Positions 1 through 14,083 of a stretch of DNA of 64,000 bases are shown one piece after another. Each line of letters begins with the position of its first letter. Within the stretch, counting starts at the first letter, position 1. Source of the stretch: Marsupella aquatica (Eukaryota; Plantae; Marchantiophyta); NCBI GenBank assembly GCA_973895155.1, contig OZ316892.1, forward strand, positions 6,059,978-6,123,977. The letters run 5' to 3'. A program made the position numbers and the translations under genes. Under the pieces are notes generated by a model. The model saw nothing but the letters and a program-made list of their open reading frames with translations, was not told where the DNA came from and did no database searches.

Positions 1-3000
1 AGTAGTTTGGCGATTTGCAAGCACTTATAATCCTCCCGCTGTCTCGACCCAAAAGTATTGTTGGGCCTAAGTGATTCGAACCTACGAACCACGTTGTGTC
101 GCAACCTGATTTGCTAGTCACATTTTATTTCGTTTCTTTTTCGTTACTTGCACTGTTTCCCCCGTTTATTATTAGCCTGAGATTCGTATCAAGAAATGCC
201 TGCAGGCATTACCAGATTCACCTCAGCTTATGATCCATCCTATCCTATGGAAGATAATCGAATGGAGAATGTTGTGATTCACTGTTTCAGGAATGAATCT
301 GAGTTGAAGTAAGTTTGTAAAACCGCCTATATACAAATCATTGAGGACCAGCTGTGGTTTAGTCTGATTCGTGCAGTCATCATGAGCGTTATTGTCACCT
401 CTGAAAGTCGCAGGCCCCCGTCAATGCTACGTACGTCTGTTGGTCATTTAGTCAAAGTAGGTTCAGTCTCAAGAGGAGCATTGCGAGGAAACGAGCATGG
501 GAGACGGCTGCAGGCCTGCAGTCGTGGGCACGACTGTACTCGGACACAGTAAGTCTTGTTAGACAGATTACCTAGAATTCCACAGTCGGCAAGAGCGTAT
601 CGTTGACATATTCATGGCCTACGCTGCTACACTGTACTTTTCTCACCTCACCTTCGTTTCTAAACTGGTAAATACCCATTGGGGATAGGTATATACGGAG
701 CACTAAGGAAAAAGCAGGTTTGATTGCCCATGAGAAAATTCAAGAGCAGACACAGCGCCATTGCTTAGGCACAAATATCATCAGACCACACGCACGAAAT
801 TTTTGAGTAAGATTTTTTTTCTTCTTCTAGTTTTTGAGGAAGATGTCTTAGATGCCCTCCCAAGTGCATGGGATCTCCTGCCTTAAGTGAAATTTCAGCA
901 ACATCAATTGCAGCTCTTAAATTTCTGGAAGTCAAATGCAGTTAGATTAGGTGTGTATTAGGTGTGGACGAACCTTCGTCACGAAGCACAAAAACACTGA
1001 GCTATTTCACTAAAAGTAAACCTTTGGATCTTCTCACTAGTGCAATCCTTACCTCATATGTCTAAGAGACCCTCCTATGAGGTTTATTCCAAATATTTTT
1101 CTGGCTGGTCAGCTGGCTGCCCAGTAGGGGTTGAGCTTGCTGCTCAGTCAGGCTTTAATTTGTGGAAAATGTTTGGGCTTTTCGGCTGTTTGTCTTCCTG
1201 GGTTTTCTATTTATCAGGTCCCCTCCTTTTGGGATCCTCTCTCCAGGTTTGGGCCAGTGTAATATATATTCTTCTTTCGCTCTACCACTTTCTGCTTTTA
1301 CTCCATTATCCTTTGTTTGCCCCTTTTTCACGAAAACAAACTGCTGACATTTTACCTGGTTTTCTAGGGTTTTACTTTTCTTGTCCCTTCACGTTTAACA
1401 ATTGGGTTTAGCCTGTTTTGGCTGGTTTTATCGGTTGCCCTTTTGGCTTTGTTTTCCTTCCAACGAACGTGAAGAGTCCGCCCCCCAGATAAAAATAAAA
1501 AATAAAAAATGAATGACCTGGTTGCTGAGAAGAAAGCATGTGTAGAGGGCCGAAAATAGACCCACATTTGAGCCAAGCACATGGGCTGTTCTGGAAAAGA
1601 TTCCCCTTGTGAGTGCCCACCCTCGAAAATATCATCTAAATGGGCCCTTCGCCCCCTTTAAACGGAAAAAAAGAAGAAAAAAAAGAGGGACTTGCCCATT
1701 GTCTGGTCAGGGTTCAAACTTTGTTCGTAGGTGTCTTTTCACCGATAGATTCTTTGGCCTATATGGTCATCGCTTTAGTTCAACAAGAAAAAGACGACGA
1801 AAAGTTTAGCCGGGTGACCTTTCGAAAGGATGGGCGATGTCATGTGCAGAGGGCAGATGTCTAGCTAGGAGCCCATCATATCAGCTTTCCTTGACAACGG
1901 GAATCCATCCGTTCCCTGCTTTTTCTGAATGCTCATATCCGTCAATGGATGTAGTTTGGATAACCCAGTTTTTTAATAGGATAAGCACCTGGTTGGGCAC
2001 CGTGGAATATAATGCCCCCAAAACTATGGCTTTAGTTCAGTTTTGAAGGGATTTTATGGCCGACAATTTGCGTAATGAGGACCTCAGCTTCATATGTCAA
2101 AACTTGCGTGAGAAGTGGAAAGAAAAAAAAACAGATAAAATAACTGAACATAAGATCATGCAAGTCCGAGTATGTAAAGAAAGAAGAATAAATTAAAATG
2201 CCAGATTTTTATGGCAAGTGTATGATAGCCTCTAAATTAAAAACTGTTACCCGATGGACCTCGTGAGGCCCCACTAGGTTTTGGGTACACCATCTAAGAT
2301 CCATCAACTGTTTGGATCAGTCATGGGTTGTCAAATAATACTTTTCATTTTAGGGTCAATGAAATATACATCTCATTTATGACATGCAAGACAATAATTA
2401 AAGATTGGCTATTTTACTTTTTGTTTTATAGAATAATTTATTTGCATTCTTAGTTGTACGTTATAATTATGCATTGACCTCTTAATGTAGCCAAATCTAT
2501 CATAATTATAAAACTAAAATACCACAACACTTTTTCTAGTTAATCCTTGCATGTCATAAATGGCATGAGTCCAAATTCTATACCATAAATTCAACGAATG
2601 CCACCCTCATGCGTAAGAACTTTGAAGCCAAAACTCGCCAAAGTCTGTATGTTGTTTGTGGCTAACCCAGATGTAAAGCCCAAAAACAGCCCCCATAAAT
2701 TTTCGAAACACTGACAAATGACGGTTGTGCAAATCCTAATAAGATGACCCCACTTAAAGGTCAATGGACAGAAGATCACTGCAGTTTTTCAAAGTTTACT
2801 GAGGATTCAGGTTTCAGGTAAGTTGGGATTTGGAAAATGGTGTCCATGATAAAGTACTTTTTCCAGGATTCATGCATTGATTTCATTTTGTCAGCAGGGA
2901 CCACAAATATTGTCATGCACGTTGCATTCTAGAGAGTTTTTATTCACTTTTTAATTTCACTGTACACATAAAATCAGCAGGGAGTCTCAAGGCTTCAAAG

Positions 3001-3035
3001 TTGTGGATGATAGTTTTAGTCCACACTTTTTTCAG

Positions 3036-3205
3036 GGTTGTGTAAAAGTTTTCTTCACTAGTGTTTATAATGACTTATGGTGGTCGCATATGACCAATCT
3101 TATGGCAAAAAGTCATAGATTATGAATTTGGTATCCATATAGTTTCATCCCTAATCTCAACGGACAACTTAAGGTCCAACAAATTTGAAGCTTTGAGACA
3201 CCCTA
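3036..3205 (-). repeat. Dispersed repeat, probably an old non-autonomous TE fragment; inverted paralog of 22690-22842 plus 23303-23327
   Basis: 3063 gtttataatgacttatggtggtcgcatatgaccaatcttatggcaaaaagt aligns with the reverse complement of 22787 actttttgccataaagattggtcatatgccatgaccataagtcattgtagac. Similarity continues on both sides. Confidence 0.75.
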
Positions 3206-3276
3206 AAGTAGTAGCCTAGTCAATGTGTGGGGACATAACTTGTACATGTTACTCAATCAAAACAGGCCCATTCAAG

Positions 3277-3279
<3 letters not shown>

Positions 3280-3335
<56 letters not shown>
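3280..3335. repeat. (AG)n microsatellite, ~28 units
   Basis: Perfect AG dinucleotide run seen directly. Confidence 0.97.
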
Positions 3336-3341
<6 letters not shown>

Positions 3342-6300
3342 TCAAATCATTGTTTGTGTATTCTATTGTAGTCTGCCCCTTTCCTCTTTGCACTATAGTA
3401 CTCCCACTCGTGGTACTCAATGGACTGGGTAAACAGACAGATGCTGTACATGCTGCGGTGCGGGTATGACCTTATTCACATGGATTGAGTTGTGCAGCAT
3501 GGCCACACCTGTTCAAGTAGTGTGCAAAATTGGCTACATTCAAGCACAAATGCCTCAATTTTCTGATGGAGAATGACTGCATGTTGAGACCAAGATCCAT
3601 GCATCTTTACCATCCCGTAGCAAGGGGTCAGGGGCCGGTCATTTTCTGTGGGGAATACGTGCCAAGAACCTACCTTGAAAATGAGCTGGCAAATGATACT
3701 CAGGCTAGATGTTGAAAAAATTCCTATCATCAGCCACCATTGAATATAAGTGGGGGAGAATATAGAAGTTTTTCCATTGTAGAGTAGTTTCCAGCCATTG
3801 CTATATTTTCCCCACTATTTATTTTTACTCTCAATATTGCTATATTTCCCCCCACTAGTTTTTTACGCTCAATGCCCTGGTCAAGATCTGGATCACCAAA
3901 TTTTTTTTTTCTAATTTCAGTAAAGTTAGAAACAATGAAAATCTCTCAGGCCTTATGTAATAAGGTCCTGTTTACATTGTGGGTAATAGTAGCCCCTCAA
4001 AACTCAAGCTAAAGTTTTCCTTTTTATGGGCATTATATCCCCTAGTAAGGTCCTCTTTATGTACATTATCTACAACATAATAAGGGATCTTGCATTTTGA
4101 CATTGAATTTGTTTGGTTGTTTTTCCTGATCATTGATGAAGGAAATGGACATCCGTGGCACATATGTGCTTCCCCACATTGCCCCATAAATGTCCCGGGC
4201 CGATTCCCTATGGGCCTACCTTCCTTGAGTTGTGCGACACAAGAGCATAGGGCTCATGGATAATAATAACCCCTCAAAACTCACCTAAATTTCTCCTTTT
4301 TATGGGCATTATATCCCATACTGCCCTCGAAACAGTACTTTGCTCTAAACAAAAGCCCGATATAACCATCCCAAACAGCTGGAGATGCCCTTAGGGCGTA
4401 GGGCTTGCCGTTCATGGAGTAAGCATATAAAAGCGTTCAATGCCAAGCGGTACTCCACTACCGAGTTTTCTTGCACTCCCTTAATGATTCTGATTAGTGA
4501 CAAGGCTCTCAGATTGAAGCGAGGCAGGTAGCAAAGTTGTGAGCTTCCAGTCACAGGAATTCTACAGACGGATCGCAGACTTTTATTAGCTTTGCATGGC
4601 TCGATCATTGAGGCAGATTTGTCAGGTTTGCAGATCCCTGAAGCTCCCAAGAATCACTCGCTAGATTTCATTAGTTCATTTGCATGCATGCCAGCTTACT
4701 CTTGCTCCTCGCTGGAATCCAGACCGGACTCCATGATTTGCATGGGCAGTATCCCCTTATGGTGCTCGCTGTAGTTCTTAGATTCGTTGGGTTTCATTAG
4801 CAGCTCTGCGATGGACGCAAAGTCAGCAGCAACGCTCTGCAATGCAAGCCCGGTGCAGCACAAGATTCGTGTTCAGTGTAGTGCCTGTGTTGGCGGCATG
4901 TGCAAAACCTATTGCAATCCCTCATCAGAGACTCAACTATTAAGACCCCAAGTTTTCAAATCAGACGTGGAACTGTTGTGAATCGCACTTGTGACTTGTG
5001 GGTGGGAACGACATTGGTGTGAAGCACGCTATTGTGAGAATTTTAAATCCATTCCACTACTGTCTACCTAAGCTCGACTTGCACTAGAATTAGAAGCCCT
5101 CTCTGATCGCACGCGCGAAACCTCACAATGTCTAACTCCATTAAACCCCACTGTTTGAAGGAGTCAAGGAGGAAGAATGTCCAGCTGGAACAAGAGCTGC
5201 TAACCTCGATCATTGTACAGTACCGTCTTGCAACCAGGCTTGAGAAAGTTGACAAGCTGGCACAAATCAAAGCTCTTAACAATACTGTAGTTCGGATTAC
5301 GGATTCAAGGGGCCCTTTGTTGTTGGAGCGAATGAAGTGGACACGGTGTTCGAAGCGAGTTCAGCTCAGAAGAAAGATTTGTCTTGTCGGGGATGTCAGA
5401 CCTGAGACGATCAACACAAATATTCCGTCGACACTTCTGCACACATTTCTGTAGCAGCATTATTCAGTAGACAATTCTGCACACATTTCTGTAGATGTGC
5501 GGCTGCATTATTCCTATACAGGTCCACTTCGATATTTTCGCAAATCTAAAATTGTAGAAACCTATTATCACGTGTGTTAAACACTTGTATCTCGTTTCAA
5601 TTGAAAATCTCGTTTGGCACACTTGGATATCAAGATAAAATGGTTTGGTGAACTCAAATAACACTTTAATTAGACAAGTACTAATTAAATGTCTCTCGAT
5701 GCACCATTGGATCTTTTGATATTTCCTGCTCTCCTCGGAAGTAGTGCTCCAGTGAACCCATGCTCCCATAGTATTTGGCACTGATTTCGGAAAGTAATAA
5801 GCTTATGTACGTGGCGGGTAGTTGTAGCCTGCAAACAAACAGGAGGAAAGAAGTGCTCACCTGCTAGCAAACCTAGTACCTAGCCAAACTTGGTTTCAAA
5901 TCTTTTGTTTCACTTTTAGTAAAATCAATTTTGGATTAGTTTTTGTGAACTTAAAGTCAGGATGGACTCATACTTTGTCTATGAAACCCCCATGGACAAA
6001 CCAAACTTAGATGGACTTGACTCAAACACATATATGCTTGGATACTATTTGTTATATTTGTCTCCAAAAATACCACGTCAGATCATCATTTTTGTTCACC
6101 TCTCCAAAAGTATCTTGTCAAAGCACCACCTCTATACATTTTTGTCCAAGGATACCATGTACCAACCTGATCAGCATTGATTGCAAGCATAAGTTTTATT
6201 CTATTAATATATTTTTCCATCAAAGCTAGTCACTTTAACCATTTTTGTTGAGTTCAATAAAAAACCCATAAAATATGTAAGGTATGTTTAGGGATTTGTA

Positions 6301-6849
6301 TGCTTTATCTGGCGTTCATGGTAATAAAATTATATAGACTAAGCTCTTCACAATTTACTCTAGCGCTTCAAGTAGTTTGTTCAATGAGCAAAAGCAATAT
6401 TAATTCAATTTTTTCCTCAAAAATATTTTTATGTTTATAATAGATCGCAAAATCCCCACAAAAGGGGGCAAGAAGCAACACAATACCCGTGAAACAACAT
6501 AACAATTTCCACTAGGAAAACTGGGTGCAAATCTTGATTTTCATAGAGCATTGCTCTTGAGATGAAATTGTATTTTCCATAGAGTATCGCTCTTGTGTTA
6601 AGGAGGGGTTTGACTTATTTTTCTGCAACAAAACTATCTCAGATTTTAATCTAAGAGGGTGTTGAGAAATCTTATTTTTCAGAGAGCGTTGCTCTTTCAC
6701 AAAGAGGGCTTCAATTAAATTTCCCACTGCAGAGCTCCAAAAAATGATATTTTTCAAAGAGCGTTGCTCTTGTTACAATAAGCGCTTCTAGTACTTTGCC
6801 GTCGCAGAGGTCTCAACAATTTCAAATACAATACTACACTGTTCACCGT

Positions 6850-6926
6850 AATTAGTGTGACTAACACTAATTCGAGAGCGCCCATTTTCAGGGTCTACTA
6901 GCGAATTAGTGTTAGTCACACTAATT
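6850..6926. repeat. Perfect 25-bp inverted repeat with 27-bp spacer, within a cluster of AATTAGTG motifs
   Basis: aattagtgtgactaacactaattcg (6850-6874) is the exact reverse complement of cgaattagtgttagtcacactaatt (6902-6926). Further aattagtg copies occur near 6955, 7023 and 7111. Confidence 0.9.
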
Positions 6927-9900
6927 TTGTGCTAACACTATTTTTGCGCACATGAATTAGTGTTACTATGGTCTTAAAAGTGGCAAAATACAAAGAAAAA
7001 AACTATTAAAAAAATCCACACCAATTAGTGTTACTTTGGACTAAAGATCATCCATTTTTTACAAGCAATTTAAACGAAACTGAAAAAAATTAGTTTTGAA
7101 AACCGCCAAAAATTAGTGACCATCAACAAGACAAATGTAGAGACTATGAGCAGGGACAAGCTGGCCCTTGACAAATGCAGTTTGTAGAATGGAACGGTAG
7201 GAGGACCCCCACCCGCCTATCAATCAATTGACCCAAGAGTGGTTAAAGTCACCTTGAGGAAAGCCCAGGCCGTCTGATCGCAACCTTGGGTGCAGTGACA
7301 TGAGTGAAAATGTGTGAGAGACCCACCTAAATTTTACTAATAAATATAATAAAACTTATGGAGAGGCTTAGATCTTTCCTGATATTAAGGACATCCATCA
7401 GATCTTCACATATTTGACAATTCTAACTGCAACAAAAGACAGATTTTGCAAATTTTACTCAGAATTTGGTCCCCTTAGTTTTCTTTGTATAATGTCACCA
7501 GGAGTTAGGGGTGATTACAAAAAGATATAGATATCCCAATACTCCTATATTTGTTTATATCTTATTTTTCATCGCTCTGAACAGAGGGTTATGATCTTAC
7601 ACATGCCTTTCACACTTGGTGTCTTCCACATTTGAGAGTCTCTAGCTAAGCTTATCATTGCCTAAGTTCATAAAGCCCCTTTCCTTTTGAAAAGTAAAAT
7701 AAATGAAGGACTGGGATGAATGGTGGAAGCCTTGAGTCTACTCTTATGATTGAAATGATAAATTAATCTAGGCTCTACCAGGTGTTTCAGTTGCTGCTCT
7801 GTAGGGCTTTTGTCCTTTTGCTGTTCCGGCCATTGAACTTTTGGCTATTGGGCTATTTTGCTCTGTGTTTTCATTGTGTTTTCCTTTATTTTGTTTTTTA
7901 TTGGATTTTTGGTCTTTGGGATCATATCTTCCAGCAAGGCATTTTTGTTCCTTTCAAGTTCCATATACTCATTAGAGACTGTTCAAACAATAATGGGTGA
8001 TTAAATGTTCTCAATCACCCATCACATTATTCGGAATGAATGATGATGTGGCTTGATTTTAGAGAAAATGATGTGATTCGATTCCTACGGGTTCTTTCAA
8101 CATCCCCTCTTACAACAGTTTTGGAACATAGCTATGACATATTTTGGCCTTGACACTTTACTTCTGAGAAAAGTAAATCCCAATAAAACCTCGAAATCAT
8201 AGCTATGAAATAGTTTCAATACCTACAACAAACTCCAGTAGTTGAGCCACTCCACTCTACCCTTACTTATTGTAGGTCGGTGTGCTAAATTTGCTACAGG
8301 ACCTTTTCCGAGCCTTTCCTCATCCTCGTCATTCAATACATCGATTCACAACAAGGAAAGAACTCAAAGACGAGCTTGAACTTTCGACATTTACTCTCCC
8401 TTGTTTGGCGGCTCGATCGAGATGAATACGACTACAGTAGTGTGGGCCAATTTGTTTGGACAGAAGGCAACTTGAGTGTGCGCCACCAGTGCAGGAACTA
8501 ATCAATAATTGTACTGTGTGTGGGTGTAAGGACATGGTGATAGTCTGATAGAAGCCGAGCGGAAAGTGGAAGTCTACCCGCCTGAACTTAATTGGGGAAG
8601 AAGCAAAACCTCCACTTCTCTAGAATGCTGTACAACTTCTCAGTTATCAGATGAGAGAACGCGCCACTGCTGGCAGCCACTTTCACACAAAGCATTGCAC
8701 ACGGCACTGATTGCTCCAACTAGCGAGTTGGGCACGTCTTACCGTGAAGGGCGCGGACATGGATGCTCTATCTTCGACGTTCCCACATGTATAGTGGCGC
8801 TGCACAAGTATGGAGGAGACTTTGAAGGCGAACAACTGGCAGCAAACATTTCGTTTGGTTTTGATCCGTTTAGGATTTCAGACGCATGGCGTTTCAGTAG
8901 TCAACCTTGTCATCAGTGGGCAACAAATCAGTGCGGAGCTGATGCATGCGGAAAATGTGGTACCAACCGACGGGATGCACGACGAAATTAACGCATTCGC
9001 GCTCCGAAGCACTTGAGATGAAGCCTGCTTCTTCTTTATAAAACTAGTCCACATTTCGAAAGCGAATGCATGCAACGTGCACCGAAAGGATTGCCGAAAA
9101 CAGGCTCTTGTTCAATTTTGTAGCTTCCCTGCTCAAAACAAATTGATTGACTTTCTAAAAAATGTTATCGGTGGGGACATTCCCCATAATATGGCATGGA
9201 CGGACGTCTCTTCACTATTTCACAACAATTATTTTGCCTTGGAAAAACTCATTGAAATTCATCCAAAAAGCCAGCATACAACAGGGGTGGCCCACAAAAG
9301 GGGGTCGGCACCCGGGGGGGGGGGGGGGGACCAAAGGTCGGGGAGCCAATGCAACCGGAGAGGCCGGCACCAGGAGAGAAGTCTCTTCACTATTTCACAA
9401 CAATTCCACTTACATTTCTCAGTGGGAGTAATCTTTGATTGAGCTCCACACATGCAACGATTAGTAGAAACTCTTTTGCTTCTTTCGGTCTTCATGTGAT
9501 GGAACTCGGTGATCCCAATCAAGTTAGCTCGCAATGCGACATGAATGATTTGGACAAGCGATTATACAGTTCTGGCCTTCTGACCTTCGATTAGTATACT
9601 TATTGCAATTCCAAGAACTGGATTTGAGAAAGTGTAAGATATAATCATTCTTGAAGTTACCAGTAGAAAGTAAAACAAATCGGATCATCAGATGTAAATC
9701 GGGGAGCCGGTAAATTTGTAGGTGAATCTGTCGCTGCCTTGACAGATGAGCTCAAGGAAATGTTTGGCCCACAATTTCGTAGGAAGTGGTGAATAGGGGT
9801 GTGATCGGATCTTTCGAGTCTCTTTTCTCCGCTCTCCACTATCATTCTACATTCTTTCGTGTCCACGTTTCCGTTTGGGCTCAGCTCCAAATATAGACTC

Positions 9901-12900
9901 GTTGGCAATGTTTGCCCCACAAGTTCAACACCGAATCAGCAGTTTCACTTTCCTGTTGTCGGAGGACATCACCTTTACATCCATTTCGGCGGCTTCGCTG
10001 GCGTCAGCCAAGACGAACGTCTGGTTGTGTGGTCTTTCCATTCTGTAGACGTTATGACTGCGCTGATTCGATTTGGACAAGAAGTAGGCAAGGAAAAAGG
10101 CACGCAGTCATGACACTGACGATTGCACCCAGCACAGCTGCTTGCATGGCTCACTGCTTCGGTGGAACCTAGCAGGCCACAGGCCACACTACTACTGAGT
10201 GTTCAAAGTAATGCGTTCTATTTCACCATAACATAAACCAATACTTTTTATTATCTACGTAAATCAATACATACTATTTATGATCTACAACATGAACAAT
10301 ACACTATTTATGATTTATAAATCAAAGTGATTTTAACCATGAGTATCTGTTTCGTCTTGGTTTATGTATTCTGGTTGTACTGCTGACTTAAATTTAACAA
10401 GCGGCAGGCCTACTGTAGCTCCTTGAAATGGAGCATTAATCCCTGCCATACTGTTCACACCATACACGGCAAAGAACCATGTGGTCAGGCATAACTCACA
10501 GGATACTGCACAAGAGTAGTACAATTTGGAGACTATAATGTCCTGTGCAAAATTTTCCTGAATTGCCAGGTCAGGTCTGTGATCATGTGGTAGCGCAACA
10601 ATGAAATCAGAGTCTCCACTCAAAACTGGCTCCATAGCAACTGCCATTGAATGCCATTACAGCTGAGCAGCCAGCAAGCAGCGTCCTTGCTGTATTTTTC
10701 AACACATGCGTGCAAAGAAAACCTTGCTGCGTTGATTGGGCATCATATTAGCAGGAGCTAGTCCTGAGGAAAGGGATAGTTACGGCCTTCACCAGCAACC
10801 GTGTTTTATTGTTCATTTATCAACGATTACTGCTTTGATCTTGGTTTCGTGTGGAGCGAACTAACTGCTACTTGCTTTGTCATTGGCCATGCTGAATCCA
10901 GTACGAAGCTGTCTGTCTTACCAACCAAGACTTATTACCAAGGTTTGATTTCAGATGTGGCTGCAGGAGTGACTTTACCTTACCGGGCTTGTCAATTCTG
11001 CTTCCTGTTGGTCTTGTCCATGAAGGCTTCCTAGACTTTTAACCCTACACGTTTGCATCCGATCACCAGGTCTTTGCTAATTGATCACTTCACCAGTCCC
11101 TGCTACAGCAATATTGCAGCTTGATGGACAACTCAGCCATGCGCGCTTGGTTTGGGCAATGACCGTAAAAGCAGAACCCACAATCGAGAAAATGTAGAGT
11201 CCTGCATTCCAAGTTTCAAAGCTCCTTACCTCGGCATGATGTAGTGGTCAATGTGCGTGCGCATGTGTGCTGTCACAAATCGCTTTTTTCAATTTTAAAT
11301 TATTTAAAGGAAAGCTCCTACAGTAGGTCGTCAAGTTCAAGTTTTGTCCTATGGAGGTATCATTCAGTCCCGGTACTCCCTTCGCAATTCTAGGAAGGAA
11401 CCGTATCCAAAAGATGTCCTACGCTTCCACAGGTCACAGGTGTACAATAGCCGACATCGTAGCCTGGGGCAAAGGGGAAGGCTTCCAGGTCGTTCTGTAC
11501 TCCTATGCTAGTGGCGGAGTGTTGACAAAGAATTACAGCGAAGGAAGTAGGAGCTGCCTTCATGTTATTGCGCGATGAGTGTCCTGGACTTTCGGACTTC
11601 AGCTCGAAGTTTCATGGGTGGCAATGGAGCCCGCCTCATGCCAATTACATTGCAAGCCAAGCCTCCATTTGTTTCCTCTCGATTGATTCGGCAACACCTG
11701 GAAAGAGAAGGACAAGTGGACATGAGGATCGGATGCATGACCGCATCAGCCAGCCAGTCGCGATGTGCCGGTTTCTGTTTCTGTCAAGTCAGCGAGAGCA
11801 CGTAAGAGGGAATTACAGAATGCGAGAATGGTTCATGTTTGATCGGAAGAATCTTTCGTTTCATCATTGTGGACCCTCCGCAGGAAAATCCGGGGAAGCC
11901 ACAAAAACCGATAATTGCTCACCCTGCAACGCTTGTTTTGGTGGGCTTTCTCAGCCTTTGCTCGTCCCATCTACAGGTAGCGACGAAATAGCGCTTTTGA
12001 TGTTCATAGGACTCTCGCGATCGAGCAAAGGGGACCTCGTTGATCGTGAAGAAAGTCGAGCAACATGATGTCGATGAGGGCGGACGGCTCCGCTGCAGCT
12101 GTCGTCCACAGTCTCAAGTCTTAAATAACTTGGCTGATTAGTAGCTTCATATAAATATTTATTCGTGAAGCAGTGCGTCTGACTGTACCTCTAGCCTGAT
12201 TCCTCCTCTGTTGAGCTTCTTTTGAAGCATCATATGGTGCATTTGGTTGGACACCAATTTGCAGCACCAAGTTTTGGTATTGGCGTGTGTCTATTTCGTA
12301 GCTTTAGGACGCTTTCTCGGCCCTGCATCGCATTCTAATTGTGGTAACTCCCAAACCGGGAACAAATTAGTTTCAACCTACAAATGGGAATGGGAGACAC
12401 AATCAGTGATGTCGTTGATTCTGGGGATATTTCCACCCCTCCAACTGAAAAGCTGAGGTGTCGATCGGCCTAATACATGACGCAGGTAATGCATGGATAG
12501 AACGGACGTCTAGCTCCTAAGTTACATGTAGAGATGTGCGCCCGACAGAATTATAGCTGGAGTTAGCGAGTTCTCGATGGTTATTTCCTTTCCGTCGTGG
12601 CTGCGCACTCCAGCCATTGTTTTCACCAGCACACAAACATCTGCTGCAGCATTGATAAGCATTCACTCGACGTCTGCTCCCGCCTCTGCTTCCTTTGTCC
12701 ACAAGGTTCTTTCCGATGCTTTCCAAACCTGTTCCTTGGGATGTAAGTCCCAATTCTGAAACATGAAGGAGCATGTGCTTTGACAAGGCCAGCTTTTGTG
12801 ACACCCCGCTACACATTTCTCCACTTGCTATTTTCTGTCGTGAAAGAAATGAAACTCAGCTTCACAGGAATGTACAAGAAATTTGGTTAAAATCCGGGCA

Positions 12901-14083
12901 GAATTCCAATCCTTGTAGTACGTTCGAGGTAGTTGAGTGCGAAGGTAACTTATCAGGCCACTCGGGGGCCATGCCTAACCCCATAGCCCTAGGGGGAAAT
13001 TTCCCAGAACCCTTGGGCGTATTAACAGTACTGAAGTACTGAAGTTCTCCTCTATTTCATCGGGTTTTTTCATTGCGGGATCATGTCTCGAGGTTGGGCG
13101 CGTTTTCTTTTTGGCAGTTTGCTATACATTTGTGCTTAACAAGAAGAGTAAACCCAAGGTGCAATTCTACTCGTAGTTCTACTCGATTTGTGACCTAAAA
13201 ATTGGTGGTGAAATTGGAACACTCAGGGTGTGCAGGGGGGCCTAAATCTCATAAACCCTAGGCCAGGCTGGCAAGGGCATCCATAGAATTACAAAGATAA
13301 AAGTACACTAGGAGTTTACGTAGTACATCCACAGTGTTACCTACCAGAATTTCTATAATTGCAATTGCCATGCAGCTGTCAGACCTTTCGCTGTCAGATG
13401 TTTTGTCTAATTAGCCAATCTTCTCTCTCTACATTACTTCACCCGATGCTAGATCCTGCATGATTTGTTCCTTTAGCCTGTTCTGTATAGGATTACAGCC
13501 CGCGCATGCTCTGGTGTTGCCTTGTGGGTAGTTGAACCCAAGAGTATATGTACGTCCGAACCTTACAGATCAACCTCTGGGGTCCTCTCTGTCCAGATTT
13601 ACTCCACAATCCAGCGATAGTCCATAACCGGCCCGCAAAACCTAGTGCTCATTAAACCACGAGCAACAAATATAATATCTAGGAAGAAAGGGAAGAAAAA
13701 TTACTGAGACTCAGATGTGAAGAAAAGGGGAAGATACCTTTTAAAGGCGGGGAATGGAAAACTGAGAGTAATGGAAAACTGAGATGAGGAGGAAAATGTG
13801 TCAGGCTAGGTACTGTAGGCATGGCATAGAAGTACTAAACGGCTCGCTGGAAGGGTTACTCGCTAGCATATGTGATCAACATATATATCAAAATTAACAG
13901 ACAAGTGTCCCTTTTCCACACGGCTTGGCTGGGTCTAACATGGCATCCTGATACAACCCATGGCATTGAAGAATATGGCTTACAAACCCTGGAATTCAGC
14001 TAATGTCACAACACTAATATGTCAACAAAAACGGGTGTAAAGAGAGGGAGACTGAAGGGGGAAAATCCAGAGAGAGAGAATAC

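Noticed and set aside
60-95. B-box-like GGTTCGAATC on the minus strand (tRNA or SINE candidate)
   Set aside because: No A-box or cloverleaf stems are visible at the proper spacing.
1040-6757. Numerous 60-120 aa ORFs
   Set aside because: No recognisable motifs or consistent splice structure. The sequence is AT-rich and repeat-like.
8200-12850. GC-richer, coding-like stretch with a possible minus-strand mini-exon near 11230-11270
   Set aside because: The frames I translated are interrupted and I could not assign a family. It may be a decayed gene and needs a frameshift-aware search.
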